Below, one piece after another: positions 28,426 through 41,000 of a DNA stretch of 64,000 nucleotides. A program made the translations under genes and the position numbers. Position 1 is the stretch's first letter. Each line of letters opens with the position of its first letter. The DNA lies in NCBI GenBank assembly GCA_028693815.1, contig JAQUUP010000008.1, positions 5,287 to 69,286 on the forward strand. Direction: 5' to 3'. Under the pieces are notes generated by a model. That model ran no database searches and was not told where the DNA came from. It saw only the letters and a program-made list of their open reading frames with translations. This DNA comes from Candidatus Omnitrophota bacterium (GTDB taxonomy: Bacteria > Omnitrophota > Gorgyraeia > Zapsychrales > Aceulaceae).

Positions 28426-30006
28426 ATGTCAGCAGAAAAACAATCTATTATGGCAGAGTTGTACGAGAATACTCTGCGAGAAATTAACGAAGGCGAAATT
28501 GTCAAAGGTGTGATCGTCGGGATTACCGAAAAGGATGTCATTGTCGATATTGGATTCAAATCCGAAGGATTTATTCCTATAAGTGAATTTCGGGATTTAG
28601 CGGAGCTTAAGGAAGGAAGTCAAGTTGATGTTTTAATTGAGTCAACTGAGGATGACGCTGGAAAATTAGTTCTTTCGCATTCAAAAGCTCAAAAGCTTAA
28701 AGGATGGCAAAAAATTGTGGACGAGGTTGATGAGGGATCGTCTGTAGAGGGTCGTGTTATTAAGCCGGTTAACGGTGGGTATATCGTTGACATGCAAGGA
28801 GCTGATGCGTTTTTGCCAAGATCGCTGTCTGCATTTAAAGGTGTTGCGCCAAAGGATATCATCGGAAACAAGTATAAGTTTATTGTGACTAAGATGAATA
28901 AGCAGAGACGCAATATTATTCTTTCTAGACGAGAAGTTGTTCAGAAAGAACGCGATGAAGTTAGATCGAAACTTTGGGATAAGATCGAAAAAGGACAAAA
29001 ACGAATCGGAAGCGTTAAAGGAATTACAGATTTTGGCGCGTTTATTGACCTTGGTGGGATTGATGGTCTTTTGCATATCACAGATATGAGTTGGTCTCGT
29101 ATTAATCATCCGTCGGAGTTGGTTGCAGCCGGCGATGAGATTGAGGTTTTAATTCTGGATTTTGATAAAGAAAATTCAAAAGTATCGTTAGGATTAAAAC
29201 AGATTACTGCGAATCCATGGGAGGGTATTGAGGGTAAATATCCTGTTGGGTCAAAAATCCAAGGCAAAGTTGTCAACATTATGCCTTATGGTGTTTTTGT
29301 CGAAATTGATAAAGGCATTGAAGGACTTCTTCATTCTTCTGAGATTTCTTGGCAGAAGAAGATGGTCAATCCTCAAGAAATGTTTGCGATTGGCGACATG
29401 ATTGAAGTTCAAATTATTAATATTGACCGTGATACCAAAAGAATTTCTTTAAGTCTTAAGCAATTGGAAAGAAATCCATGGCTTGAAGCTGAAGAAAAAT
29501 TTCCTATTAATTCAAGGGTAGAAGGAAAAGTCCGTGGCTTTACAGATTATGGAGCATTTGTTGAGCTTGATGGAAACATTGAAGGGATGATCCATGTTTC
29601 TGACATGTCCTGGACTCGAAAAGTCAACCACCCTCAAGAAATTTTCAAAAAGGGCCAGTCGGTTGAAGTTGTTGTGTTAGCCGTTGATCCTGATCAAAGA
29701 AAAATTACATTAGGATACAAGCAGATTAAAGAAAATCCTTGGTCTGAGATTGCAGAGCAATATCCAGTTGGAAAAGTTTTAGAGGCAGAAGTTGTAATGA
29801 ATTCTGAATTCGGTGTTTTTGTTAAGCTCGAAGAAGAACTTGAAGGGCTTATTTATGCTTCTGAAATTGACAAAGCTACTTCTGAAAGTTTGAAGGCCTT
29901 AGATAAAATTCAGGTAAAAGTTATCAAGGTTGATGTTGATCAAATGAAAATTGGTTTGAGTTCAAAAATTTCTGATGACCAGCCGCAAGAAGTAGAGCAA
30001 GAATAA
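28426..30006 (+). CDS. rpsA: 30S ribosomal protein bS1 (six S1 repeats)
   Basis: Start placed at the ATG of MSAEKQSIMAEL, preceded by AGAAAGAGGGTG. Repeated S1 domains (GxV.G.V...FGAFV). Confidence 0.9.
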   Translation: MSAEKQSIMAELYENTLREINEGEIVKGVIVGITEKDVIVDIGFKSEGFIPISEFRDLAELKEGSQVDVLIESTEDDAGKLVLSHSKAQKLKGWQKIVDEVDEGSSVEGRVIKPVNGGYIVDMQGADAFLPRSLSAFKGVAPKDIIGNKYKFIVTKMNKQRRNIILSRREVVQKERDEVRSKLWDKIEKGQKRIGSVKGITDFGAFIDLGGIDGLLHITDMSWSRINHPSELVAAGDEIEVLILDFDKENSKVSLGLKQITANPWEGIEGKYPVGSKIQGKVVNIMPYGVFVEIDKGIEGLLHSSEISWQKKMVNPQEMFAIGDMIEVQIINIDRDTKRISLSLKQLERNPWLEAEEKFPINSRVEGKVRGFTDYGAFVELDGNIEGMIHVSDMSWTRKVNHPQEIFKKGQSVEVVVLAVDPDQRKITLGYKQIKENPWSEIAEQYPVGKVLEAEVVMNSEFGVFVKLEEELEGLIYASEIDKATSESLKALDKIQVKVIKVDVDQMKIGLSSKISDDQPQEVEQE

Positions 30007-30021
30007 ATAGATTATTGATGT

Positions 30022-30066
30022 GCGTGACTGCGCAAAAGGTGGCGGTCACGCATTTTCATTTATTTT
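30022..30066 (+). terminator. Rho-independent terminator after rpsA
   Basis: GCGTGAC...GTCACGC 7-bp GC-rich stem followed by a T-rich tract (ATTTTCATTTATTTT). Confidence 0.6.
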
Positions 30067-30083
30067 GAGTCAAAACGAATATT

Positions 30084-31262
30084 ATGCAAATCGAAGATAC
30101 CATTAAAAAAATCTCCTCCGGTACCACGGAAATCATTAATATCGAAATTTTAAAGCGCAAGCTTCTAAGATCTCGAAAAGAGAGAAAACCACTTCATATT
30201 AAGGCTGGATTTGATCCAACGGCCCCTGACTTACATTTGGGTCACGTTGTCTTACTTAGAAAGCTAAGACAATTCCAAGATTTAGGACATAAAGTCTTTT
30301 TTTTGATTGGAGATTTTACTGCTCAAATTGGCGATCCAACTGGGCGTGATCAGCTGCGCGTTCGCATGACACCAAAACAGATTCTTAAGAACGCTAAAAC
30401 ATATGAGCGCCAGGTGTTTAAGATTCTTGACAAAACGAAAACTAAAGTTGTTTTTAACAGTAAATGGCTTAAAAAGTTTTCGAATCAAGATGTTTTAGAT
30501 TTATCAGCTCGATGCACTGTGGCCCAAATGTTAGCTAGGGCAGATTTTAAAAAGCGAATGGATGAGAATAAGGAAATAAGTATTTTGGAGTTTATTTATC
30601 CTTTGATGCAAGGGTATGATTCAGTTTACCTGAAGGCAGATATTGAGCTGGGTGGCTCTGATCAGAAATTTAATCTTTTAATGGCGCGTCAATTACAAGA
30701 GTCCTTTGGTCAAGAACCGCAGGCAGTTGTGATGATGCCGCTTTTAGAGGGTACAGATGGCGTTCAGAAGATGAGCAAGTCTTTAGGTAATTATATTGGC
30801 ATTGATGAGCCGCCAAAGGAGATTTTTGGTAAAATAATGTCTCTTAGCGATGAAATAATGATGGAATACTACGAGCTTCTGACTGATATGGATATTTTTC
30901 AAGTTAAAGAAATACATCCAAAAGAGGCAAAATTGGCTCTTGCTGAAGAAATTGTTAGACAATTTTATTCAGAAAAAGTTGCTAAAAAAGAGAGAGAAAG
31001 CTTTGAAAATGTTTTTACTCAGAAGAAAACTCCAGAGGACATTGTTGAATACAATATTTTATTGGCTTCACAGGGTGCCTCGATTGTGGATGTTTTGGTT
31101 GAATCAGGTATTTTGGATTCTAAGAATGAGGCGAGGCGACTTTTAAAGCAAGGCGCGATTAGTTTAGATGGCAAGAAAATTGATAGCGAAAATTGGTCCT
31201 TAAATCCTGGTATTTTGAAGGTTGGAAAACGTCGTTTTTTAAAATTAATCAAGACAATATGA
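30084..31262 (+). CDS. tyrS: Tyrosyl-tRNA synthetase
   Basis: Class I HIGH motif (PDLHLGHVV) and KMSKS (KMSKSLGN), with a C-terminal S4 domain (RRLLKQGAISLDGKKI). Confidence 0.85.
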   Translation: MQIEDTIKKISSGTTEIINIEILKRKLLRSRKERKPLHIKAGFDPTAPDLHLGHVVLLRKLRQFQDLGHKVFFLIGDFTAQIGDPTGRDQLRVRMTPKQILKNAKTYERQVFKILDKTKTKVVFNSKWLKKFSNQDVLDLSARCTVAQMLARADFKKRMDENKEISILEFIYPLMQGYDSVYLKADIELGGSDQKFNLLMARQLQESFGQEPQAVVMMPLLEGTDGVQKMSKSLGNYIGIDEPPKEIFGKIMSLSDEIMMEYYELLTDMDIFQVKEIHPKEAKLALAEEIVRQFYSEKVAKKERESFENVFTQKKTPEDIVEYNILLASQGASIVDVLVESGILDSKNEARRLLKQGAISLDGKKIDSENWSLNPGILKVGKRRFLKLIKTI

Positions 31263-31321
31263 AATTGATCTAACTCTATTATTTCTAATATCTTTAGATT
31301 GAAAAATAATTAATAAAAAAC

Positions 31322-31350
31322 TTGACAAATTTTAGATAAAACAGTATACT
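31322..31350 (+). promoter_or_regulatory. Consensus sigma70 promoter for the tRNA-Thr-rpmG-tRNA-Trp-secE-nusG unit (TTGACA - 17 nt - TATACT)
   Basis: TTGACA at 31322-31327 and TATACT at 31345-31350, 16 nt upstream of the tRNA 5' end. Confidence 0.6.
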
Positions 31351-31366
31351 TTGGTTTCACATATCC

Positions 31367-31439
<73 letters not shown>

Positions 31440-31465
31440 TAAGTCGATCTAACGAGATTTATAAA

Positions 31466-31618
31466 ATGCGCGAAAATATTCAGTTTCAATGTACAGAATG
31501 TAAACAGATTAATTATTCTAGTACAAAAGATAAAAAGAAAAAACCAGAACGGATTGAACTTAAAAAGTTCTGTCGTTTTTGTCGTCGACATACTTTGCAT
31601 CGGGAAAAGAAAAAATAA
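31466..31618 (+). CDS. rpmG: 50S ribosomal protein bL33 (zinc-ribbon C4 form)
   Basis: 50-aa ORF missed by the 60-aa ORF track: [50 protein letters not shown]. It is near-identical in pattern to the C4-type L33 of Bacillus-like bacteria, at the canonical position between tRNA-Thr and tRNA-Trp upstream of secE. Confidence 0.9.
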   Translation: MRENIQFQCTECKQINYSSTKDKKKKPERIELKKFCRFCRRHTLHREKKK

Positions 31619-31621
31619 CTT

Positions 31622-31695
31622 AGGCCTGTAGCTCCAATGGCTAGAGCATCGGTCTCCAAAACCGAGTGTTGTAGGTTCGAGTCCTACCAGGCCTG
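31622..31695 (+). tRNA. tRNA-Trp (anticodon CCA)
   Basis: Acceptor AGGCCTG/CAGGCCT, anticodon stem TCGGT/ACCGA with loop CTCCAAA, T-arm GTAGGTTCGAGTCCTAC. Canonical position before secE. Confidence 0.9.
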
Positions 31696-31713
31696 CGGAA
31701 AAAAAATAATAAA

Positions 31714-31899
31714 ATGTTTGGAAAGATTAAAAAATTTTTTTCAGAAGTAGTAGTAGAACTTAAGAAAGTCAATTGGCCAACACGTGCTGAATTGATTGAA
31801 GCGACATGGATTGTTCTTGTTAGCACATTTTTCTTAGGGTTGTTTATTGGCACTTCCGATTTTATCCTTTCTAGACTATTAGGATTAATAATTAAATAA
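31714..31899 (+). CDS. secE: Preprotein translocase subunit SecE
   Basis: 61-aa single-TM protein (WIVLVSTFFLGLFIGTSDFIL) immediately before nusG. Confidence 0.85.
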   Translation: MFGKIKKFFSEVVVELKKVNWPTRAELIEATWIVLVSTFFLGLFIGTSDFILSRLLGLIIK

Positions 31900-31903
31900 T
31901 ACT

Positions 31904-32428
31904 ATGAAGTGGTACGTTGTCCATACACAAACAGGTTGTGAAGAGCGCGCAAAAGCCGGTCTAGATAAAAGAATGGCAACGACTAGTTTGAAGCAGTATG
32001 TTAAGGAAGTGGTTGTTCCTACAGAACAAGTTTCTGAAGTGCGTCGCGGAAAGAAATGTATATCAGCTCGAAAGTTTTTTCCTGGTTATATTTTGATTAA
32101 TATGGAAATGAACAATGAAAGCTGGTATTTAGTTAAGACTACTCCAGGAATTGCTGGATTTATTGGTCCAGGCAAGAAGCCAGCGGCTCTTTCAGAAAAG
32201 GAAGTTGAAAATATTTTAAAGAAAACTGAAGAGACCGAAGCGAAGCCAAGCCCAAAAACTATTTTTGAGATTGGTGAGCCGATTCAGATTACCGAAGGGC
32301 CTTTTGCAAGTTTTAATGGCGTGGTTATGGAGATTCATCCGGATCGCGGAAAATTAAAAGTGAGTGTATCGATTTTTGGTCGATCAACACTCGTTGAACT
32401 AGAATATTGGCAAGTCGAGAAGGTGTAA
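31904..32428 (+). CDS. nusG: Transcription termination/antitermination factor NusG
   Basis: NGN domain ([15 protein letters not shown]) and a C-terminal KOW motif. Confidence 0.9.
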   Translation: MKWYVVHTQTGCEERAKAGLDKRMATTSLKQYVKEVVVPTEQVSEVRRGKKCISARKFFPGYILINMEMNNESWYLVKTTPGIAGFIGPGKKPAALSEKEVENILKKTEETEAKPSPKTIFEIGEPIQITEGPFASFNGVVMEIHPDRGKLKVSVSIFGRSTLVELEYWQVEKV

Positions 32429-32429
32429 T

Positions 32430-32858
32430 ATGGCAAAAGAAGTAGTTGCGCAAATAAAACTTTATGTTCCTGCGGGTCAAGCAAATCCTGCGCCACCTGT
32501 TGGTCCTGCACTAGGTCAGCATGGTGTTAATATCATGATGTTTTGCAAGCAGTTTAATGAAAAAACAAAAGGCAGAGAAGGTCTTATTTTGCCGGCTATC
32601 ATTAAAGTTTACAAAGACAAATCTTTTGATTTTATTCTTAAAACTCCACCGAGTTCAGTTCTTATTAAAAAAGCAGCAAATTTGGCAAAAGCTTCTGGTT
32701 TAGCTGGAAAAGAAAAAATTGGAACAATTACTATAAAACAAGTTCAAGAAATTGCTAAACAAAAAATGGAAGATCTAAATACCATTGACATTGATAAGGC
32801 TGTTGAAATTATTCAAGGAACAGCTAGAAGTATGGGAATTGAGGTTTCTGATGGTTAA
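32430..32858 (+). CDS. rplK: 50S ribosomal protein uL11
   Basis: [34 protein letters not shown]. Confidence 0.95.
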   Translation: MAKEVVAQIKLYVPAGQANPAPPVGPALGQHGVNIMMFCKQFNEKTKGREGLILPAIIKVYKDKSFDFILKTPPSSVLIKKAANLAKASGLAGKEKIGTITIKQVQEIAKQKMEDLNTIDIDKAVEIIQGTARSMGIEVSDG

Positions 32859-33531
32859 AGCAAGTAAACGGATGACAAAAGCTGTCGAGAAAATTGAAAA
32901 AGGGAAAATTTATACTCTTAAAGAAGGAGTTGAATTTCTTTTGGATGCTCCAAGAGTCAAATTTGATGAAACAGTTGAGTTGCATATTCGGCTAAATATT
33001 GACCCAAAGAGCTCAGAGCAAATTGTGAGAGGCACAGCTGTTTTGCCGCATGGAACAGGGAAGAAAGTAAGGATTGCTGTTTTTTGTAAGGGAGATCAGG
33101 CCTTGAAAGCTAAGGAGCTTGGCGTTGATTATGTCGGTGCTGAGGATTTGATTGATAATGTGCTTAAAGGACTTTTGGATTTTGATTGTGTTATTGCAAC
33201 CCCAGATATTATGAGAGATTTGAGCAAGCTTGGGAAGGTTTTAGGGCCTCGGGGTTTGATGCCAAGTCCTAAGTCGGGTACAGTAACAATAGATATAGAG
33301 AAGGCTGTTAATGAAGTAAGGGCAGGAAAGGTTGAATTTAAGTCTGATAAGCAAGCTGGCGTTCATGTTGGTGTTGGCAAGTGTTCATTTTCTGCAGATA
33401 AAATTTTGGAGAACGTAAAATATTTGCTTGATGCAATTAATCATGCAAAACCTCAAACTGTTAAGGTCGATTTAATTAAAAGTGTTGCTTTGTCAACAAC
33501 CATGGGTCCAGGGGTAAGGGTGTCATTATGA
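32851..33531 (+). CDS. rplA: 50S ribosomal protein uL1
   Basis: Start at the internal ATG ([13 protein letters not shown]), overlapping the rplK stop by 8 nt. Typical L1 sequence. Confidence 0.9.
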   Translation: MVKASKRMTKAVEKIEKGKIYTLKEGVEFLLDAPRVKFDETVELHIRLNIDPKSSEQIVRGTAVLPHGTGKKVRIAVFCKGDQALKAKELGVDYVGAEDLIDNVLKGLLDFDCVIATPDIMRDLSKLGKVLGPRGLMPSPKSGTVTIDIEKAVNEVRAGKVEFKSDKQAGVHVGVGKCSFSADKILENVKYLLDAINHAKPQTVKVDLIKSVALSTTMGPGVRVSL

Positions 33532-34058
33532 TGAAAGTTGGACGTTTAATCAGAGAAAGTGTTAATAGCCGAATTTCAAAAAGTGTTCAAGAGCGCCAAA
33601 ATACTTTTTTGATCAGCTATTCTAAAGTTTCTTCTTTTGAAATGAGTGAATTTAGGAAGGCGTTAATTCAAGTCGGTGCGGAAATTTATGTATCAAAAAA
33701 CCGTATTGCTCAAAGAGCATTAAAAGATTTAGATATTTCCGAATTAAGCGAAAAGATTAAAGATCAGATCGCTTTTGTTTGGAGCGACAAGGATTCTGTC
33801 GAAGTAGCAAAAGTTTTAGTCAAGTTCGCCAATGATTTTGAGGGTCTCAATGTTCAAGGCGGTATTTTAGAAGGCAGGGCTATTGCTGAATCCGAAGTTC
33901 AACGACTATCAGATCTTCCAAGTCGCGAAGCATTGTTGACGATGTTGGCTCAAACAATGCAAGCTCCATTGGTAAGGTTAGCAGGTGCTTTGATAGGAAA
34001 GACGAGAGACTTATTATCAATACTAAAGCAATTAAGCGAAAAAGCAGGAGGAAAGTAA
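33528..34058 (+). CDS. rplJ: 50S ribosomal protein uL10
   Basis: Conserved position and L10-like sequence of 176 aa. Confidence 0.85.
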   Translation: MMKVGRLIRESVNSRISKSVQERQNTFLISYSKVSSFEMSEFRKALIQVGAEIYVSKNRIAQRALKDLDISELSEKIKDQIAFVWSDKDSVEVAKVLVKFANDFEGLNVQGGILEGRAIAESEVQRLSDLPSREALLTMLAQTMQAPLVRLAGALIGKTRDLLSILKQLSEKAGGK

Positions 34059-34059
34059 A

Positions 34060-34518
34060 ATGTCAGAAAATACAGTAGAAGAAAAGGTTGACCAACAACC
34101 AGCAGCAGAAGAGAAAAAAGAGAGCAAGGCGATTTCACCGAAACTAGAAGAAGTGATTAAGACAGTCGAAGGTTTAACTGCTCTTGAACTTTCTGATTTA
34201 GTTAAAGCTCTTGAACACAAGTTTGGTATTTCAGCCGCAGCCCCTATGATGGCTGCCCCGATGATGGCTGGTGCTGCGGGTGGCGCAACTGCTGCCGCAG
34301 AAGAAAAAACATCTTTTGATGTTGTTTTAAAAGAAATTGGTGCTAATAAGATTTCAGTAATTAAAGAAGTCAGAGCCGCAACAAACCTAGGTTTAAAGGA
34401 AGCAAAAGATTTAGTCGAATCTGCTCCAGCAACCGTTAAAGAAGGCGTTACAAAAGAAGAGGCAGACGAATTAAAGAAGAAATTAGCTGATGCCGGCGCT
34501 GTTGTTGAAATTAAATAA
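34060..34518 (+). CDS. rplL: 50S ribosomal protein bL12 (L7/L12) with a ~24-aa acidic N-terminal extension
   Basis: Core [29 protein letters not shown], an Ala/Met-rich hinge, and a C-terminal domain ending VEIK. It is preceded by the extra [24 protein letters not shown]. Confidence 0.9.
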   Translation: MSENTVEEKVDQQPAAEEKKESKAISPKLEEVIKTVEGLTALELSDLVKALEHKFGISAAAPMMAAPMMAGAAGGATAAAEEKTSFDVVLKEIGANKISVIKEVRAATNLGLKEAKDLVESAPATVKEGVTKEEADELKKKLADAGAVVEIK

Positions 34519-34551
34519 AAAAGCTCAGAACTTCAACCAAGAAAAGAAAAT

Positions 34552-37500
34552 ATGAAAAAAAGAGAAATTAGAGATTTCAGCAAATATAAAGATAGCTTTC
34601 AACTTCCTAATTTGCTTGATATCCAGGTTGTGGCTTATGAAAAGTTTTTGCAAAGATACTTGAGTCCTGAAGAAAGGGACAATCGTGGTCTTGAAGAAGC
34701 TTTTAGAGAGGCCTTTCCTTTCGAGAGCTATGATGGTCAAGTTCGCCTGGAATATGTTAGCTATCATTTAGGAAAAGAAAAATATTCTTCTCGCGAATGT
34801 CAGCGACGAGGAATGACTTATTCTGCGCCTCTAAAGGTTAAGCTTAGACTGATCACTCCTGCTGAAGTTAAAGAGCAAGAAGTTTATTTTGGTGATTTTC
34901 CCCTGATTACAGAAACGGGGACTTTCATTATTAACGGAGATGAGCGTGTTGCTGTTTCTCAAATTCAAAGACCACCAGGAGTTTCGTTCGAGCAAGAAAT
35001 GCATCCAACAGGAAAAAGTATTTATCAAGGACGTATTATTCCTTCTCGCGGAGCTTGGTTTGAGATTAAGTATGATTTAAATGATGTCCTGTTGGCTTAC
35101 ATTGATCGTCGAAGGAGTTTTCCTGCAACTCAAATTCTGCGCATTATGGGGCTTTCAACAGAAGAAGAGATGAAAAAGGTTTTTGGTGATGATTTAGGAA
35201 AATTAGCTAATACTCTAGAGAAAGACCATACAACAACAAAAGAAGAAGCGCTTCTTGATTTTTATCGCAAAATGCGACCAACGGAGCCAGCAACCATTGA
35301 GGTCGCCGATAGTTTATTTTTTAGATTATTTTTTGAGCCAAAACGATATGAGTTAAGCAAGGTTGGACGTTATATTATCAATCGTAAGCTTGGTATGAAT
35401 GTAGATTTAGATAATCGTATTCTTGACTTGGCAACGGTTGCTGAAGTTATTAAATATTTGTTTAAATTAAGAGATGGCCATGGCGAAACAGACGATATCG
35501 ACCATTTGGGTAATCGACGCATCAAAACCGTTGGAGAGCTTGTCCAAAATCAAGTGCGTATTGGACTTTCTAGGATCGAGAGATCAATTAAAGAACGTCT
35601 TGTTGTTATGAATACGTTTGAGAATTTAACGGCGCATCATTTAATTAATTCTCGATTATTTTCAAGCCAAGTTCAAGATTTCTTTGGTCGTAGTCAGTTA
35701 TCTCAGTTTTTAGACCAAGGAAATCCTTTAGCTGAGACAACGCATAAAAGACGTGTGAGTGCTCTAGGTCCTGGCGGTTTGTCTCGTGAACGAGCTGGTT
35801 TTGAAGTTCGTGATGTTCATCCGACTCATTATGGGCGTCTTTGTCCGATTGAAACGCCTGAAGGTCCGAACATCGGACTTATTGCATCTTTGGCAACATG
35901 TGCTTGTGTTAACGATTTAGGATTCATTGAGACGCCATATCGTAAAGTTATTGATGGACGCGTAACAAGCAAGATTGAATATTTAACAGCGGATATTGAT
36001 CAGACAAAATATATTGCACAGGCAAACACTTTGCTCGATAAAAGCGGTAATTTTTTAGAAGAAAGTGTTTCTTGTCGTTATCGTGCAGATTTTCCGTTTG
36101 TGCATCCGAGTAAAGTTGAGTATATGGATGTTTCGCCTAAGCAGTTAGTTTCTGCAGCAACATCGCTTATTCCATTTTTGGAGCATGACGACGCAAACAG
36201 AGCTTTAATGGGATCAAATATGCAGCGTCAGGCTGTTCCTTTAATGGACACAGAAGTTCCTTATGTTGGTACGGGAATGGAGGAAACAATTGCTAGAGAT
36301 TCTGGAACTGTTGTCATAGCAAAAGAATCTGGAAAAGTTGTCAAGGTTGATGCAAGAGAAATTGTTGTGGGAAATAAAACATACGATTTAAAAAACTTTG
36401 TTCGATCTAATTCTAACACATGTACTCATAATAAGCCTCTTGTCAAGGCTGGGGATCACGTTCAGGAAGGCCAGGTGATTGCCGATGGGATGGCTACAAA
36501 AAACGGTAAGCTTTCTTTAGGGCGAAATATTTTAGTTGCTTTTATGTCGTGGAGAGGATACAACTTTGAAGATGCGATTATTTTAAGTCAGAAATTAGTC
36601 AAAGAAGATAAGTATACCTCGATTCATATAGAGAAATTTGAAGTAGAGTCCAGGGAAACACGTCTTGGAAATGAAGAAATCACGCGAGATATTCCAAATG
36701 TTGGTGAAGAAGCGCTTAAAGATTTAACAGAAGATGGTATTGTTCGTATTGGTGCGGAAGTAAAGGCCAGCGATATTCTTGTTGGAAAAGTAACACCAAA
36801 GAGCGAAAAAGAGCTTTCTCCAGAAGAGCGACTATTGCGTGCTATTTTTGGTGAGAAGGCTGCTGATATTAAGGATTCATCTTTAACGCTTCCTCCAGGA
36901 GAAGAAGGCGTTGTTGTGAACGTTGAAGTTTTTCAACGTAATGAGCGAGGAAGAAAGTCAAAAGAAGATAAAAAGAAAGAAATGATTGCTGTTGAAAAGG
37001 TTAAAAATTATTACAAACAGGAGCTTAAGTTTTTAGAAGAAGAAAAAGAAAAGAAGCTTTGTAAGATTTTTGGCATAGATAAAAAGAAGTTAGAAAAAAT
37101 GAATCTTCGTGAAATCAAAAAAGACGAAGAAGCAGTGGATGCCTTAAGATTTTTTGCGGATCGGTCAGAGGAATTGGCTGAAGAGCAAGAGCATGAGATT
37201 GAGAAAGTTAAACGTGGCGATGAACTTCCAGCTGGCGTTCTAAAGAAAGTTGTGGTTTACGTTGCAACAAAACGTAAAGTTTCTGAGGGAGACAAGATGG
37301 CTGGGCGACATGGAAACAAAGGTGTTGTGGCTCGTATTTTACCAGAAGAAGATATGCCTTTCTTGGAAGATGGAACGCCAATTGAAATCATCCTTAATCC
37401 GTTAGGTGTTCCGTCTCGAATGAATGTTGGACAGCTTTTGGAAACGCATTTAGGTTGGGCTGCACATGCTTTAGGCCTTGAGTGTCAAACCCCTGTTTTT

Positions 37501-38001
37501 AATGGCGCAACTGAACAAGAAATTCGTGCTCTTTTAAAAGAAGCAAATTTGCCAGAAGATGGAAAAACCACTGTTTTTGATGGTCACACAGGTCTTCCGT
37601 TTGATCAAAAAATAACAATTGGTTACATCTATATGCTTAAACTTATTCATCTTGTTGATGAAAAAATTCATGCACGTTCTATTGGGCCCTATTCACTCGT
37701 TACGCAACAGCCGTTAGGTGGAAAAGCTCATTTTGGTGGACAGCGTTTCGGAGAAATGGAAGTTTGGGCTTTGGAGGCATATGGAGCGGCGTATACATTG
37801 CAAGAAATGCTTACGGTTAAGAGTGATGATGTTGCTGGACGTAGCCGTATTTATGAAGCTATTGTTAAAGGCGAGCAGAAATTAACTCCAGGAACTCCAG
37901 AATCATTTAATGTTCTTATGAAAGAATTGCAAGGGTTATGTTTGGATATTCGAATGGAAAATTCACAAGCGGAGTCTCAAGAGCGAAAAAAAGGAAAATA
38001 G
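34552..38001 (+). CDS. rpoB: DNA-directed RNA polymerase subunit beta
   Basis: 1149 aa with the hallmark blocks [27 protein letters not shown] and [25 protein letters not shown]. Confidence 0.97.
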   Translation: MKKREIRDFSKYKDSFQLPNLLDIQVVAYEKFLQRYLSPEERDNRGLEEAFREAFPFESYDGQVRLEYVSYHLGKEKYSSRECQRRGMTYSAPLKVKLRLITPAEVKEQEVYFGDFPLITETGTFIINGDERVAVSQIQRPPGVSFEQEMHPTGKSIYQGRIIPSRGAWFEIKYDLNDVLLAYIDRRRSFPATQILRIMGLSTEEEMKKVFGDDLGKLANTLEKDHTTTKEEALLDFYRKMRPTEPATIEVADSLFFRLFFEPKRYELSKVGRYIINRKLGMNVDLDNRILDLATVAEVIKYLFKLRDGHGETDDIDHLGNRRIKTVGELVQNQVRIGLSRIERSIKERLVVMNTFENLTAHHLINSRLFSSQVQDFFGRSQLSQFLDQGNPLAETTHKRRVSALGPGGLSRERAGFEVRDVHPTHYGRLCPIETPEGPNIGLIASLATCACVNDLGFIETPYRKVIDGRVTSKIEYLTADIDQTKYIAQANTLLDKSGNFLEESVSCRYRADFPFVHPSKVEYMDVSPKQLVSAATSLIPFLEHDDANRALMGSNMQRQAVPLMDTEVPYVGTGMEETIARDSGTVVIAKESGKVVKVDAREIVVGNKTYDLKNFVRSNSNTCTHNKPLVKAGDHVQEGQVIADGMATKNGKLSLGRNILVAFMSWRGYNFEDAIILSQKLVKEDKYTSIHIEKFEVESRETRLGNEEITRDIPNVGEEALKDLTEDGIVRIGAEVKASDILVGKVTPKSEKELSPEERLLRAIFGEKAADIKDSSLTLPPGEEGVVVNVEVFQRNERGRKSKEDKKKEMIAVEKVKNYYKQELKFLEEEKEKKLCKIFGIDKKKLEKMNLREIKKDEEAVDALRFFADRSEELAEEQEHEIEKVKRGDELPAGVLKKVVVYVATKRKVSEGDKMAGRHGNKGVVARILPEEDMPFLEDGTPIEIILNPLGVPSRMNVGQLLETHLGWAAHALGLECQTPVFNGATEQEIRALLKEANLPEDGKTTVFDGHTGLPFDQKITIGYIYMLKLIHLVDEKIHARSIGPYSLVTQQPLGGKAHFGGQRFGEMEVWALEAYGAAYTLQEMLTVKSDDVAGRSRIYEAIVKGEQKLTPGTPESFNVLMKELQGLCLDIRMENSQAESQERKKGK

Positions 38002-38007
38002 ATTATT

Positions 38008-41000
38008 ATGAATGAAGAAAAAATTTACGATAGCATTAGCATCAAATTAGCTTCTCCAGAGGTGATCATGTCATGGTCTAATGGAGAAATTAAGAAAGCT
38101 GAAACGCTAAACTATCGAACGCTTAAGCCTGAAAAAGATGGTCTTTTTTGTGAGAAAATTTTTGGACCCGTTCGTGATTGGGAGTGTAATTGCGGCAAGT
38201 ATAAAGGGATTAAGTTTAAAGGAATCGTTTGTGATCGCTGTGGAGTCCTTGTTACGCGTTCGTCTGTTAGGCGAGAACGCATGGGACATATTGAGCTTGC
38301 TTGTCCAGTGACCCATATTTGGTTTTATAAAGCTGTTCCTAGTCGCTTGTCTGCTTTGCTTCAAATAACACTTAAGGATTTAGAAAAAATTATTTATTAC
38401 GAAGAATATGTTGTTGTTGATCAGGGTGATACACAATTAAAGTATAAGCAATTTTTATCAGAAGATAAATATCAAGAATGTTTATCAAAATATGGTGATT
38501 CGTTTAAGGCAAAGATTGGGGCGGAAGCTATTCTTGATCTTCTTCAGCAGGTCGATTTAGGTGTTTTATGTAAACAGCTTCGAAAAGATTTAGATAAAGC
38601 AAATCCAGCAGGAACAAACGCAAAGAAACTAGCAAAAACGCTTAAGACTGCGGAAGACTTTAAGAAATCAGGCAATGATGTTGGGTGGATGGTTTTGAAG
38701 ACTTTGCCAGTTATTCCACCAGATTTACGCCCCTTGGTTCCTTTGGAAGGCGGACGATTTGCAACTTCTGATTTAAACGATCTATATCGACGTGTTATCA
38801 ATAGAAATAATCGATTAAAGAAATTAATTAATTTAAACGCTCCTGAAATTATTATTCGAAATGAAAAACGTATGCTTCAGGAATCTGTCGATGCTCTTTT
38901 GGATAATGGTCGTCATGGACGTCCAGTCTTGGGATCAAACAACCGTCCTTTAAAATCGCTATCCGATATGTTAAAGGGAAAGCAAGGACGATTCCGTATG
39001 AATCTTTTAGGTAAGCGTGTTGATTATTCAGGACGATCTGTTATTGTCGTTGGTCCAGAGCTTAAGTTGCACCAATGTGGACTGCCAAAGAAAATGGCAC
39101 TAGAATTGTTTGAGCCTTTTATTATCCGTAAACTTCGTGAAAGAGGTTTTGTCCACACAATCAAAGGTGCCAAGAGAATGGTTGAGCGTGCAAAAAACGA
39201 AGTTTGGGATATTCTAGACGAGGTTATTCAGGATCACCCTGTTATGCTTAATCGTGCTCCAACGCTTCATCGTTTGAGCATTCAAGCATTTCAGCCGATT
39301 TTAGTTGAAGGAAAGGCTATACAGCTTCATCCTCTGGTTTGCGCTGCTTTTAATGCAGATTTCGACGGAGACCAGATGGCTGTTCATGTTCCTCTATCGT
39401 TGGAAGCGCAAATGGAATGTCGATTAGAACTTCTGTCGATTAATAATGTTTTTTCGCCAGCAGATGGAAGGCCGTTGCTTTCTCCGACACAAGATATTAT
39501 TTTAGGGCTTTATTATCTAACAAAGGACAAGATAAAAGGTCTCGGCGAAGGAAAACTTTTTGCTTCAAGAGAAGAGGCTATCATTGCGTATCACGATGGC
39601 CTTATTGGGCTGCATTCTCGTATTAAATTAAGATTGAAAGATGAAAAGGTCTGGGGCGAAGAAAGGCCATCGTTGGTTATTCCAGAGCAGCAGCCATCAG
39701 GAGAAATTGAAAAGAAAGAACCTAGCAAGAGTATTGTTATTGAGACGACAATAGGACGTATTATTTTTAATAATTTATTACCGAAAGATTTTGGATTTGT
39801 CAACGACACGATGGCGAAAAAGAAAGTAGGAGCTGTTATTTCTGATTGTTACAAACGATTTGCTCAGAATTCAACGGTTGTTCTTTTGGATGACTTAAAG
39901 GATCTTGGTTTTCGTTCAGCGACAAATGCTGGTATTTCGATCAGTATTTCGGATATGACGATTCCTGAGGAAAAAAAGGTATTAGTAAAGAATTCAAAAC
40001 AAGAGGTTGCAAAAGTTGAAGATCAGCATCGAAAAGGTATTATTACAGCCCGCGAGAGATATAATAAAATTATTGATATTTGGACGCATACAACGGAATC
40101 AATCTCAGATTTAGTTTTTAAAGGAATGGATCCATTTAATCCTGTTTTTATTATGGCTGATTCTGGTGCCCGTGGATCGCGCTTGCAGATTCGTCAGCTT
40201 TCTGGTATGCGTGGGTTGATGGCAAAACCGTCAGGAGAAATTATTGAGAATCCTATTATTGCTAGTTTTCGAGAGGGATTAACGGTTTTAGAATATTTTA
40301 TTTCGACACATGGTGCTCGAAAAGGTTTGGCAGATACCGCTCTTAAGACGGCAGATGCTGGTTATTTAACGCGACGTTTAGTTGATGTTGCGCAAGAAAT
40401 TGTTGTTACCGAGGAAGATTGTGGAACAGTCAACGGTATTACGGTTTCGGCGATTATTGAAGGGGATGAAGTTGTTGTTAGTTTAAGAGAACGCATTGTT
40501 GGACGTGTTGCTTTAGATAATATTGTTGATATTGTGACAGATCAGCTTGTTGTTGAAGCGGGTCAAGAAATCACGGAAGAAAAAGCAGAGATTATTGAGC
40601 AGCTTGGTATCGAGAAAGTCCGTATTCGCAGCGTTTTAACTTGTGAATCAGAGAGAGGTGTTTGTATTCGTTGTTATGGACGTAACTTAGCGACACAAAG
40701 GTTAGTTGAAATCGGGGAAGCTGTTGGACCGATTGCGGCACAAAGTATTGGTGAACCTGGAACACAGCTAACTATGAGAACGTTTCATATTGGTGGTACG
40801 GCAAGCCGATCGGTTGAGCAGTCGTTCATTCGCTCTAAGAATGCTGGTGTTGTTCATTATCATAAGCTTCGAGTTGTTCAAAAAGGTGATGAATATGTTG
40901 TTCTAAATCGAAATGGTACGATTACTGTTAATGATGAATTTGGTCGTGAATTTGAACGATATCCGCTTTTGCAGGGATCAACAATTAAATTCTCCGACGG

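Noticed and set aside
30007-30083. Possible T-box leader in front of tyrS.
   Set aside because: Only 77 nt separate rpsA and tyrS, occupied by an intrinsic terminator. There is no room for a specifier loop or antiterminator and no T-box consensus.
34060-34135. Possibility that rplL starts downstream and the N-terminal extension is untranslated.
   Set aside because: There is no in-frame ATG, GTG or TTG between 34060 and the conserved [11 protein letters not shown] block other than inside the block itself. The extension is therefore probably real, but is flagged only as a minor observation within the ribosomal-tail findings.
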